From Pseudogymnoascus verrucosus (Eukaryota): a DNA stretch of 64,000 bases. Position numbers and translations under genes: made by a program. A model generated the notes under the pieces. That model did not search any database and had not been told where the DNA came from. It saw nothing but the letters and a program-made list of their open reading frames with translations. Below, piece after piece: positions 50,958-62,149 of the stretch (the first letter of the stretch is position 1; each line of letters starts with the position of its first letter). Location of the stretch: assembly GCA_001662655.1 (NCBI GenBank), contig KV460207.1; one strand, given 5' to 3'.

Positions 50958-51396
50958 TAATCGTGGGTGGAAGCAAGTCCGGGCACTGGAAGCAAGTGCG
51001 CGCAACCAGGGCCAAATTTGCAGGTATCTTTACATAGTAAATTATATGTAAAAGTACAAATGGTCAATAAATTGTAATAATTACTATGCTATTTCTAACA
51101 CAAAAGTACATATAAATAATAATAAACATTCTAAATGACTTCATTAAAAGAGAAATAATAATACATTAATATACTCTATTACCTATACTAGAATATCTAA
51201 AACTTAATAGTTATATAAAAGTGTTAATTAATAAAAAGGTAATAGAATTACCCTCGTTTTACAGCGCGTTTTTTGGTAAGGAAAGCAAAATTACTATGTA
51301 ATTTGCAAACTCTATGTCACTTTACACCTAATTTACTATGTAAAGATACCTGTAAATTTGGCCCTGGTTGCACGCACTTGCTTCCACCCACGATTA
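50958..51396. mobile_element. Tc1/mariner(pogo)-type MITE, about 440 bp
   Basis: About 68-bp TIRs (taatcgtgggtggaagcaagt...ccagggccaaattt.caggtatctttacatagtaaatta), with a 19-bp internal duplication in the left TIR, TA at both ends, and a very AT-rich interior. Confidence 0.88.
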
Positions 51397-51704
51397 TTCG
51401 TTTATCCTCAAACCACGAATTGAGGGAATAAGAATTTCAGGGAATAAGGATTTCAATAAATTTAGTAGGGATAGAGGGTGCGGAAGAAGTGACCGTAGTG
51501 ATTCTCTTTCTCCTCTTTACGCGCTCGTCGTATATGGCCGGCCACAATTAGCAAACTCCCAAAGTCTCCCAAGCGCATCTAAGTTTGAAGAGGTTTTATA
51601 TCGTAACTAGAGAGAGCGTTATTTTATTTGTAGCATTATTTATGGAGTAATTTAAGTAATGCTTTTATATGAATAGCTATATGACTATAAGTAAATATAA
51701 AGGT

Positions 51705-53295
51705 TTAAATCTTTGCTTTCCATATCCATTTATAGTCAAGGCATGCCCATCTCGCTATTAAAATGGAGAGAAGTGCCAGGACCAGAATTCCGCCTGAGAA
51801 AGCAACGTATGCAGTCGTTCCTGCAGCTGACTGCAGTTCTGCTGCAATAGGAATAGAAATTAAAGTGCTAGGCGTAGTGTTAGAATTTTCTCGATTGTTT
51901 TGCGATTTAGCACTTACGCAAAAGCCACTGCACTATAGCTTGTGCCATACCACTGACCATACTCGCTCACTTTGCAAAGGTCTCCAATACACACCGGAGC
52001 CAAACTAATTACACTGCCAGAACCAAACCCAAAAATGGAAACCATGACGTAGAACAGAGCTACGTTATGTCCAACTGGTAACCAGAGCGCGAATGTTGCA
52101 AATATGGAGATTAGAACAAACAGTGCCATGCAGTTGAACCGACCATAATAATCAGCGACTAGCCCAGCGGTATAGCGTCCCAGTCCGGAGCCACTTTTGA
52201 TAATTAGTTTCCAACTTCAGATGCAAGAGACATTCTTACGCATTAAAGACTGCAATCGCGTTAAAGCTCGCCTGATGACCGAAGCCCTGTTCGAGGGCAA
52301 AAGTTGGAAGAAGACCAATAGCAGTGTAGAGAACAAACTCGAAGCCTACCAAACTCTTGTCAGTAGATTTAAATTTGAAGAGGCATCCTTTGGGTTAACT
52401 TACACGCAATTCCAACAGTTGCCCAGGCAAATCTCAAGTCCCGAAAGCATTTCAAGCTGATGACGCCTCCTTGTTTTCCTGTTGGTAGGCGACCTTTAAT
52501 GAAAATATTTCCAAACACCACAAACACAAACACAATTAGACTTAACAACCTCATTGCCCAAGCCCAGGACAAGCGCTCCAAGATTGGATTCAGTGCTAGC
52601 GGGAACATTATTCCTCCTAAACTCGTCCCCATGAAGGCAACCCCAGTGGCCAGTCCCCTCCTGGCCTCAAACCAATGTGATACCACTGAAAGGGCTACAG
52701 TTGTAAGTATCGCGCAACTAATCCCACCTAAAACACCAAAACAGAGAAAAAAATGCCAATATTTCGTGCATTCACCCAAAATCAGCAAATAAGCAACACA
52801 CCCGACAGAGCCTGCGAACGTCAACCATCTTGGTCCATATCTATCGAAAAGCGGACCAATCTGCACACCGAGAAAAAGAGTTAGGAAGATTTGGGTTGAT
52901 GATATCCATCCTATATCTCGAGAGCTGTAGGTTGACAGTTGGTGCGACTGCCAGTAGGACTGGAAGAGCCCGATGCAGCTGCCGAGTCCAAATGTGGCAG
53001 CGATTAGGCAGAAGCCGGAGAAGACGACGAGCCACGCACTGAGACCTCCCTCAGGAAACGACAAGGCAATGGAACGGGGTTGTGATTGCTGGAGTTCTAG
53101 TTGAAACTCCTCTTCGTCATTCAGTGCTGCTGTAAATTCTGACAATATTGCTGGTCGGGTTTGGGGAATTGTAGCGTTTTGTGCCTGCGGCAATTCTCGT
53201 TGAATTTTCTCTTCATCTGATGGTGGGGCGGATGTTGCTAAAGTTATCATGCTTGTTTCGATTTTTGAAGTGGTATATGCCGCTGTCTCTGCCAT
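51705..53295 (-). CDS. MFS monocarboxylate-porter (MCT/MCH-like) transporter
   Basis: Multi-exon. Motifs FPEGGLSAWLVV, GPLFDRYGPR and HWFEARRGLATG; ends ARWACLDYKWIWKAKI*. Confidence 0.88.
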
Positions 53296-53489
53296 TTACG
53301 GAACAAATGATCAGGGTAGTTATGCCTTAACGGAAAGTCAAGTCAGAGCAACTCAGAGCGAGAAGTTATAATAAGGTCGGAAGATTAGGGAGGCTTCCCA
53401 ATTTTTGGCCCCCTTACATCAATTTAACTTTTTCACGTTTCTGAAAAGATAACTGAGTTCAATCGGAAACAAATAGAGCCTCTAGTGTA

Positions 53490-54015
53490 GATGTCTCCTA
53501 TTGGAAGAATCTTATTTTTTTCAGGTAACATCTCTTAAGCTTCCTCGTTGTCCACCTTCCCAGATTGAATACAAGCTAACGGAATCTCTCTCTGAAAACG
53601 TGGAGGCCCCAGCGCAAATGCCTCCTATTGGAAGAACCTTGCTATTCTTAATCAGGGATATTTAATCCTTCCCGCTGTTCAGCACCCCAGATTCAATAAA
53701 AGCCAACGGAATTTCTCTATGAAAACGTTGGAAGCCCCAGCGCAAATCTATCCTATTGGAAGATCCTTGTTCATTGTTCTCTTCAATTGAGAGGGAGATC
53801 CACATCTCTAAAGCTTCCCCGCCGTCCACCTCCCCGGATTTAATAAAAGTTATTAGAATCTCCCATAACGTGGAGGTCCGGCGGAAATAGCTCCTATTGG
53901 AAGAGTCTTGTTCTTTTAGTCGTGGGGATTGTCCACCCACTAGCTTCCCCGCTGTCCACCTTCAAAACAAACTAACGATTTCGTAAGCGAAAACATGGAG
54001 GCCAGGCGCAATTAC
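53490..54015. repeat. Four diverged tandem units of about 127-141 bp in a divergent promoter
   Basis: Core tcctattggaaga at about 53496, 53623, 53751 and 53892. Each unit also has cttcc.cg.gtccacc and aaacgtggaggcc..gcgcaaat variants. Confidence 0.85.
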
Positions 54016-54078
54016 ATATGACTGGTCTTGATTTTACACTGCCTTGATCCAGCGTTACTTAAGCTTGCCTAGATTGTT

Positions 54079-54188
54079 GTGGGGAACCCCGCAAATGATA
54101 AAGTGGCAACGAATTAGGGTCCACGATACAAAGCACTAAAAGCTGGACTCCGATTGATCGTCATTTTATCATTTGCGGGGTTCCCCAC
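54079..54188. repeat. 110-bp hairpin/inverted repeat upstream of the DAL5-like gene
   Basis: Perfect 24-bp inverted repeat gtggggaaccccgcaaatgataaa (54079-54102) / tttatcatttgcggggttccccac (54165-54188), with imperfect pairing continuing inward. Confidence 0.85.
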
Positions 54189-54334
54189 TTCAATTTGGAG
54201 AAACAAGATGTCAAGTGAAATGTACCGAAATATAAAGCTCTTCGCATATCTAATATATCATGGATGTCGGATAGTCAACTTCTACAACATTTGCCAACCG
54301 TGGTATCCAGACACTAAACTTTGATATCGAAATC

Positions 54335-56125
54335 ATGGCAGAGAAGAATACAGAGGCTGATTTGCCTGGTTTCCGTCATCTTGAGATGTCCTCTGCAGAT
54401 TTGAGGAGAGACTCGACATCTGATAACTTGGCTACTCTCAAGACTGACATTAGAGACATTGCAATCATTGAAGTGACGGATGAACAGAATCGCAGAGTCT
54501 TGCGCAAGATTGATCGATGGTGAGAAACTCTAAAGCCAACCCAAGCTTCCAAAAACTGTTAGCCGCCCATTAACAATGAGCTTAGTCTCCTCCCCATTAT
54601 GGGTATCGCCTTCATGCTTCAATTCCTTGATAAGGCTGCTCTAGCAGCATCGACTTTGCTTGGCCTGCTCGATCCGACAACAGGCGGGATCGTGAGTTTA
54701 TTTCCCCGTTTAAAAGGACATCTCTATGAGGAACATATCAACGAGTCTAATTCTATAAACAGGCTTTGGTAGGATCCCAATTTGCATGGTGCTCTTCGAT
54801 TTTCTACTTCGGGTATCTTGTTTTCAGTTTCCCAAGCGCCTACCTTATCGTCCGCTTGCCAATCGGAAAGTACCTAGCTTCCGTTGTTATACTCTGGGGC
54901 GGGATATTAATGTGCACCTCTGCTTGCAAGACATTTAGTGCCTTGATGGCTCAAAGATTCTTTCTCGGTGTCGCGGAAGCAGCCATCACACCAGGGTTTT
55001 CTCTCGTCACTGGGATGTTCTACACGCGTAAGGAGCAGCCTCTACGCCAGGGTGCATGGTTTATTGGAAACTGTCTTGCTCTCATACTAGGTGGACTGAT
55101 TACGTATGGAGTCAAGAACATTCCTAACCCTCCTCTTCCACATTGGAAATTATTGTTTCTGTTTGAAGGAGCTGCTACTTGTGCATATGGAGTCTTCATG
55201 ATCTTCGTCTTACCAGACTCTGTTATGACAGCCTGGTTTTTAAATCATGAAGAGCGCACCATTGCCTTAGCCCGTACATTGAAGAACAAGACTGGCGTTC
55301 TCGACAGCGGCGTCTTTAAATGGGAACAATTCAATGAGGCATTTCGAGATCCACAAACGTGGCTCATTGCGCTCTATAATGTTGCCATCAATCTCCCAAA
55401 CGGTGCTTTAAACACGGTATGTCACTCGTTGGAGTACATTGCGGTATTATAACTAAAACCTGCGACTTTAGTTCCAACCTCTTATTGTTAATGGCTTAGG
55501 CTTCAACACTCTCACCTCAATCTTGCTCCAGATGCCAACTGGTGGAAATGAAATCGTCTTCCTCCTCATCACCTCTAGCCTCGCCTCATTACTTCCGCAC
55601 GCGCGTGTTCTGATTATGATTTTTAATTGTGTTGTCGCCATGGTTGGCATGGTCCTAGTGTACAGTCTCAAGTCCCAAGCTGGGCAAATGACCGGTGTCG
55701 TCTTCGCCGCCACATACGCCATCAACATCCCTATATTTCTCAGTCTAATCACATCTAACGTTTCGGGCTTCACCAAGAGAAGCACAGTTAGTGCGATTGT
55801 GTTCGTGATGTATTGTGTTGGTAACATCGCTGGTCCGCAGTTTTATCTCGAGCGTCAAAAACCACGATACCAGGTGCATTGCGACCCCTTCCATATTCCT
55901 TACTGCTTGCTAACAACAGAATAGATGGGTCTAATATCCTCGCTCGTCGGATATGCCGTTGGCATCACCTCTCTCATTTGCCTGTACGCTTATTACCGGT
56001 ATGAGAATCGTCGGAGAGACAGGGTGTATGGTTCTGAATCAGAAGTCAACACTAACCAAGAACTCACCGATGAGTTGTCTAACGAAACCGACCGTACGAT
56101 TACTAGCTTTCGCTATATGATGTGA
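54335..56125 (+). CDS. MFS anion:cation symporter family, allantoate/ureidosuccinate (DAL5-like) permease
   Basis: Multi-exon. Motifs RVLRKID, LQFLDK, SIFYFGYL, RFFLGVAEA, FYTRKEQPLRQGAW, SNVSGFTKR and GNIAGPQ. Confidence 0.9.
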
Positions 56126-56897
56126 AGTTTGGTTGAGTCCTGGTCAAACGTTTGTATGCTATATACTTCAGGCGCGCACTGTTGTCTTCTAGAGAGCAAA
56201 CAGAGCTTAACAATAGTAAAAACTTTCTAAGAATACTCCCATCTACAAATATATGTTGAGTTTAAAACTTACAAGTAATATTGCGGTCAACTATGCTTCA
56301 GGATGAGATCAATACAGCGCATACTATAGCTTCCGGTTTGTGCTGTCGAGTTTCAGAAGCTATATCAAATGAGTCTGTATTTCATTTCACTCTCACAACC
56401 TCGCTAGTTAGTACACTGAGGGGGCCTTCTTGAAGATCGGGCCATCAAGCCAATTTACAATGGGTGAACTGATAGATACAAAAGTCTTTAATAGCTAAAG
56501 CACTCTGAAAACACACTAGGCTGGGTACAAAAATGGTTATTGGATGTTAGTACTTAACTAGCACGAAGGCCACCAGCCAGTTGATATTGAGGTCGACAAC
56601 ATGATCCTAGATATCTCTCTCCTCACTTCTTTCACATTACTCATACACCTACAAGTCCCCCTATTTCCGAAATCATTTCCCAAACGCCACACGATTCGAT
56701 TAAAACCCTTCCGCAGACTAACTTTGTGAAATCTCAGATTCGTGATTACCAAGAAGCTCTCTGAGTCCTATTCTTAATCTGTTAAGAATAGGGAAGGGAA
56801 CGTAATCAATGTCCTACAAGATGACTGTTATGGCTAATACTGACCATTCTACTCAGGAAATCTTGATTCAAATCACATCTTCTGAAACTTCTATAGT

Positions 56898-58439
56898 TTA
56901 CTGTAGCCCAGGCATACCCACAAATCGATCGAGCCGTTCTTGCGAGACTTCCATGACTCCACAGCCATCGATGACCCGCAGCGTCTCCGCTATCCTGTCC
57001 TTGATTATCCTCTTAGCACCCACATCCGTCGCAATATGTTGAATTATACTTAGCGGCCACAAGTTGTACTTGCTAAACAATGGCGTAACCGCGACTGCAG
57101 TTATTTCATTAACGAAACGGTTTATATCCGCCTGGGCCGAATCTTTCAAGCTTATTCCCTCTGGCTGCTGCGACAAAACATCCTCTAGCAAGACTTTCGC
57201 AGCTAGAATATACAGTCTCCCTGGTGAAGACGCGTTCGACGCTAGAAAATTTACCCATTGATGCAGTTCTGTTATTGCAAACGCTGCAATAGCGAGATCC
57301 TCTTCGCCTAAGGGTCTGCGCCGCCGCGCAAGATTTGAAATGATGACGATAAGGCGAAACAACTTATATGGTACACCTAACACCGGCCAGCTCTCCCAGT
57401 TCTCATCACTAGGGAGCAGAGAAAACTGAAAATATTCATCGATCATCTGCCATGCCTCACTGCTAACTAGGACATCGAAGTCAGGGTCGTAAGTCATCAT
57501 GATTGTGCCATGGTAGAGCAGCGATTCGTAGCATTTGCGCTCAAAAATTACATGTAGTGCCTCTGGGTCGCATTCGGCTTCTGTCATTCGGGTCGCCTGT
57601 CGACACTTGAGCAGCTGCATAATCGCGCGAATATGTGTCCCTCTCGACCAGGTGGGACAGCTCAGATCCCGATTAGCTAGTATCGTGAGCAGGATGACGG
57701 CGCCTAGCAGCCAGTCTTCGGTGCCGTTCACACTTCCGAGCTCAATGCATCCTCGAATGGAACGTATGGCGGCAGTTTGGTGGGTTAAAGCTCGTTGACG
57801 CATCCTCATAACGGTTCGCCGATCCGAAGAGACCATATAGGAGATGGACGTGGCAGCGCAGGCTAAAGCCGCTTCCATCACGGGAATATTTCCCAGCGCC
57901 AAATTAATCCAGTAGGCGCCATTGTGAAACCGTGGATGAGAATGTTCATGGATTAAACAGGGGAGAAAATGTTTCACGTAATATCTGAACAGGTCGTCGT
58001 CACCATTCCCATGGAATGACACTACTGCGTGATTTGACCACAAGTCGACGATGCAGTTGCTTAATTGATTATTGCCGACTATCCCATGGGGTTTTGTTGG
58101 ACCTCCAGTCGCAATTGTAGGCGAAGGCGAAGATGATCTGTCCTCGTTCGAAGTCGAGGTCTTTGATTCCGATCTCGATGATCGTATCGACCGCGTTCGT
58201 CTCCGGCCATCCTCAAGCAGGTGCTGAGAGCTAGGCCACACGCATTTCATAAGGACGTGACGACAGCCTCCGCATCTTGGACGCACTTCATCACATTTCT
58301 TCTTACGTTGTCTGCCTATAGCGAACGTGAGCCGAGAAACTTAATAGGAAAAGGAGAACCGAATAAGTTACGCACAAGAAATGCAGCCGGTCTTTGTCCG
58401 TAGACGCGCATTGTTTGTAATTGCCGGCATTTCGATCAT
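56898..58439 (-). CDS. Zn(II)2Cys6 transcription factor
   Basis: Exon 1 ...RTKTGCIS|C spliced to RQRKKKCDEVRPRCGGCRHVLMKCVW gives the six-Cys binuclear cluster. A fungal TF middle region follows. Confidence 0.88.
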
Positions 58440-59198
58440 CACATCAAGATCGATATAATATATTATCTATCACGATTCATGATCTACGGTTGTTGATTTC
58501 CATTGGAATGCGGGGTAAAGGTTACAGAGAGTTGCGGGGTAGCATCTCCATTTTGTGGTATCTAATAACCGAACCGCTTTCACGCTAGAATGTATTCAAC
58601 AATTCATATTGATTCCGATTTCCTATAGGATAATTAGAGATCACATATGGTGGGAAATGACAACCTCCAAACTTATAAATCTTTGACTCCAGCCGGCAGC
58701 CAGATTCTGGTCGGCGGCAAGAACCTAGCTGGCTCATAATAGTTGCGAACCCACACCATAACCCCGCGTCCGATTTTGACTTATTAACAACTACATGTTC
58801 GCCACAGCACCAGACCTTCGCCAAAACTAAGTCGCTCCAAACCGTTAGAGCTTGGAGCAACAGCCTTGCGGGAACCATAATTTTTGACAAGAGAAGAAAC
58901 ATTGAATATTTGAGTGCCACTCGACAAACTGCGTGAGATGGGACGGGGAGATAAGAGAGCGGTGTAAGTTGAGAATACAGACAGAATCGGACAAAGTATA
59001 ATGGTTACGAAACTTTCATGATATTGAACTACGTACGTACAAAATCTGACTATCAAATTCGGAGCCTCAACAGTCACACAATTGGGTCCGTTGTGTATCA
59101 GGCGGCAGACTTCACATCAATGGATCATAAATCGGATCCAGACAGTGAATTTGTTACGAGTCAGCTGGCCTGATTGAGACTATTACCCAGAGGATACC

Positions 59199-59259
59199 CA
59201 AGCTTGTGTATGGCAGAGCGGACGGGATGCCCAATTCTCTTGAGTCTATGGTCGTATGT
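59199..59259 (-). rRNA. 5S rRNA gene, 5' half only (interrupted at about nt 61)
   Basis: The minus strand reads ACATACGACCATAGACTCAAGAGAATTGGGCATCCCGTCCGCTCTGCCATACACAAGCTTG, a typical Pezizomycotina 5S start. A TATA lies about 28 nt upstream. The 3' half (box C, GGGTGACCACC) is replaced by foreign sequence. Confidence 0.88.
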
Positions 59260-59606
59260 GATTGTTTTTAGAGTATGACACTCTATAAGGGGGTGGGGAG
59301 AAGAAGCCCAAGTCAGAAAAACGCTGCCTAGGTTGTGGTGCATTATTAGAAGCCCGGCCCTGCGGTTGCTAGTGCTTTCCCAGCAATACTTAGAATTGAA
59401 TATCATGGGGTTATCGCCAGAGGCGGCATATAGCCCCACACGCGTGTATAATAGGTAGTCGAATTGACCTGTTACCTTCCCATGAACGGAATCCCAATAT
59501 TTCGCCCTCACATCTTTATCACATGATACACTGCCAATCAGGTCTTCCCTTTCCTCCTAAATCATCACATAATGTGTGGTCCATCAATCAGCCCTTGACT
59601 TCCTAA

Positions 59607-60192
59607 TCACTTCCTCCCCTCGACCATCATTACATGATACCCAAAACCCGTCTTTGCCTCCCCCCACTTCGGGTTCCCCACTGTGCTGGCCTCGAGCTCA
59701 AAAGCCACAGCCTCAAAGATTGGGTCGAGGTCGCCTCGTCGTTTCCAGCCTAGTGCACCGCCTGTGAGGCGTTAGTATAAGTACTGCCACCTGTCCATGA
59801 TGCTTCTCCTGGTGTCACATCACGCCCGTGATTTTCACCGCTCATCTGCACAGCACGTGCATTTCTTCACGTGCTAGGAGACACGATACGCACGCATGAA
59901 GAGAGAGAAAGGGGGAAAGAATGACAGAGAGAAAAAGGTACACACCAGCCCTCGCCTTGTCCTCACTCATCTCCCTCGCTACCTCGTCGAACTTGCCTCC
60001 ATCGCGTAGTTTAGCGACGACCTCTTCCTTCCGCGCGTGCTTCTCGCACAGGATATGGCGGACGTTGATCTGCTGCGCGCCCTTGACCTTCGCTCCTCCT
60101 TTGTCGTCGTCGGCCTTGCTAGCATCCTTCCCCTTGCCCTTTCCCTTTCCTGCACCACCCGCAGCAGCTTTGTCTTTCCCCTTTGGCGCCAT
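59607..60192 (-). CDS. PIN4: Parvulin-type peptidyl-prolyl cis-trans isomerase (Par14/Pin4)
   Basis: Exons 60192-59946 and 59761-59607. K/G-rich N-terminus; INVRHILCEK, SEDKARAG|GALGW and KTGFGYHVMMVEGRK. Confidence 0.92.
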
Positions 60193-60730
60193 GCTGCTTG
60201 TTGTGTCGTTTGATCACCTCGCAGCAGCCACCTTCCTCGCTCTGATCACCTTCCCGTTCTCTCCTTGACCACCTTCCCGTTGTCTCTCAGGTCACGTTCT
60301 TGGTTTCTCGTCACACTTCCTATCTTTGACCGCACTTCCTTCACGCTTGTTCCTTCTATTCTCGTACAGAGTATGTAAGTATTACCCTATAAACTTGCTC
60401 TAACCCGCTAATAAGCCACTGCTCCTTCCCTCATTCGCACGTCGACAGCGGGGTACTAGCCAATCCAATCAACCCCACTTACGTACAGTTTCTCGATAAG
60501 AATCACGTGAATCTACGGTGTACAGAGTACAAAAATAGTCATCACGGCCGTTTATTCCGCTCTGTTTGTCCGGATCACGGAAGAACGGAAAAACATGGGA
60601 AAGGCCGGGAATCGTCGGGTGTGACGTCGTATGGAGTGTGGATGACTGGATGAGATTTCTGTGGATTTGGATCAGATTGGATCAGATTTGTATGGATATG
60701 GCTATGGATGGCGTCGATTTATGTGTGGAT

Positions 60731-60768
60731 GGTCACATATGGCCACATATGGTCACATATGGTCACAC
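60731..60768 (+). repeat. 10-bp tandem repeat (GGTCACATAT)x~4
   Basis: ggtcacatatggccacatatggtcacatatggtcacac read directly. Confidence 0.85.
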
Positions 60769-61267
60769 TTACTACATGAAACTGTGGTTGAGATCTGTGG
60801 ACTTCGGCTCCCGTCGTTGATCCGTGCCGATGTCGCCAGTACTGCTGACTTTGTCCCTATAGCCAATCAAAGACTCCAATTCTGTTCAATTGTGCTGTGG
60901 CAATCGAGGCGGTGGAGAATGTTTGACCTGGCCGGGAATTGCTGGGATAGGATAACGGAAGGGACGATGCACACACTAGGTATGAGGCTACGACGGGCTA
61001 GACGGGGACGGGGCGAAGAGCGAGGAGGAGGTGCTTCGATGCTTCAGCATGCCGGTCTTCCTTTATACCTATAAAGGGATATATCTTCGAGCCTTGGTAC
61101 TGGCATTCTTCATACTACTGACGACTATTAACGACTCTATCGACGACTACATGATATAGGCGGCCGGCATTTACTCAACAGCTCCACAGACCGAGGTGGC
61201 AAACCAGGATCTGAACAAATCAACAATATACCTCGATACTCCAGGAACACTCCCACGACCATACACG

Positions 61268-62149
61268 ATGGCTCCCGGCCTCACCCTCCACGATAGCCCT
61301 CCCCTCTCCAGCACAACCTCCAAGCTCGCCTCTCCTCCCACCACATCCCTCTCCCCGACCCCTTCACCGGCTTCCTCGCCGAACACAACTTCCTCCACCA
61401 CCTCCGCGGCAGACACGACCAAGCCGGCTCCACGCCCTTCCAATGCCTTTGAGGACCTCGTTGACTCGCTGACGGCCATCCTAGGCCCGACGTCCGGCTT
61501 GACGAGCGAGGGCGTTGATGTCGATGCTCTGACGAGGCTGATGAGGGAGTATGAGAGTAAGGAGGAGGACTGGGGAAGGTACGCGCTAGGAGACGCGTCG
61601 AGGGGATATACAAGGAATCTGGTAGATGTAGGGAATGGAAAGAGTAACCTGGTATGTGTTTCCGAATTTTTATGTTTGTTCCGTTGGTTTGGCGGGGTTG
61701 GGAAACACCACAGCTAGGTCGGAGATAATGAAGTCTCGCTAACGCTTCAACAACAGCTCATCCTCGTCTGGTCCCCTAACAAGGGAAGCCTCATCCACGA
61801 CCACGCTGATGCCCACTGCCTCATGCGTATCCTCTCTGGTACCCTGCGCGAAACCCGCTACGCTACCCCTCCTTCACCCGCCGCCGCCGCCCCCCCCACT
61901 GTCCTCAAAGAAACCACATACTCCGCTGGCCAGGTCACCTACATGTCTGACTCCCTCGGCGTACACAAGATATCCAACCCAGACCCGGAACGGATGGCTG
62001 TTAGTCTGCATCTGTATACCCCGCCGAATGCCGCGAAGGAGGGTTGCCATGTTTGGGACGAACGCCATGGAGGCAGGAGCCACGTGAAGCAGAATAATTA
62101 TTTCTCGGTGATGGGGGTGAGGGGAGGTAGGGTGGAGGACCTGATGTGA
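61268..62149 (+). CDS. CDO1: Cysteine dioxygenase
   Basis: Intron 61652-61756. Motifs YTRNLVD.GNGKSNL|LILVW, IHDHADAHCLM, GVHKISN and SLHLYTPP. Confidence 0.92.

Noticed and set aside
53490..54015. CRISPR-like array reading of the repeated TCCTATTGGAAGA cores
   Set aside because: The intervening sequences are homologous to each other rather than unique spacers, the host is eukaryotic, and there are no cas genes.
58440..59170. Remnant Starship captain (tyrosine recombinase) inside the 5S junction
   Set aside because: No recognisable recombinase-like coding sequence in any frame here or elsewhere in the window.
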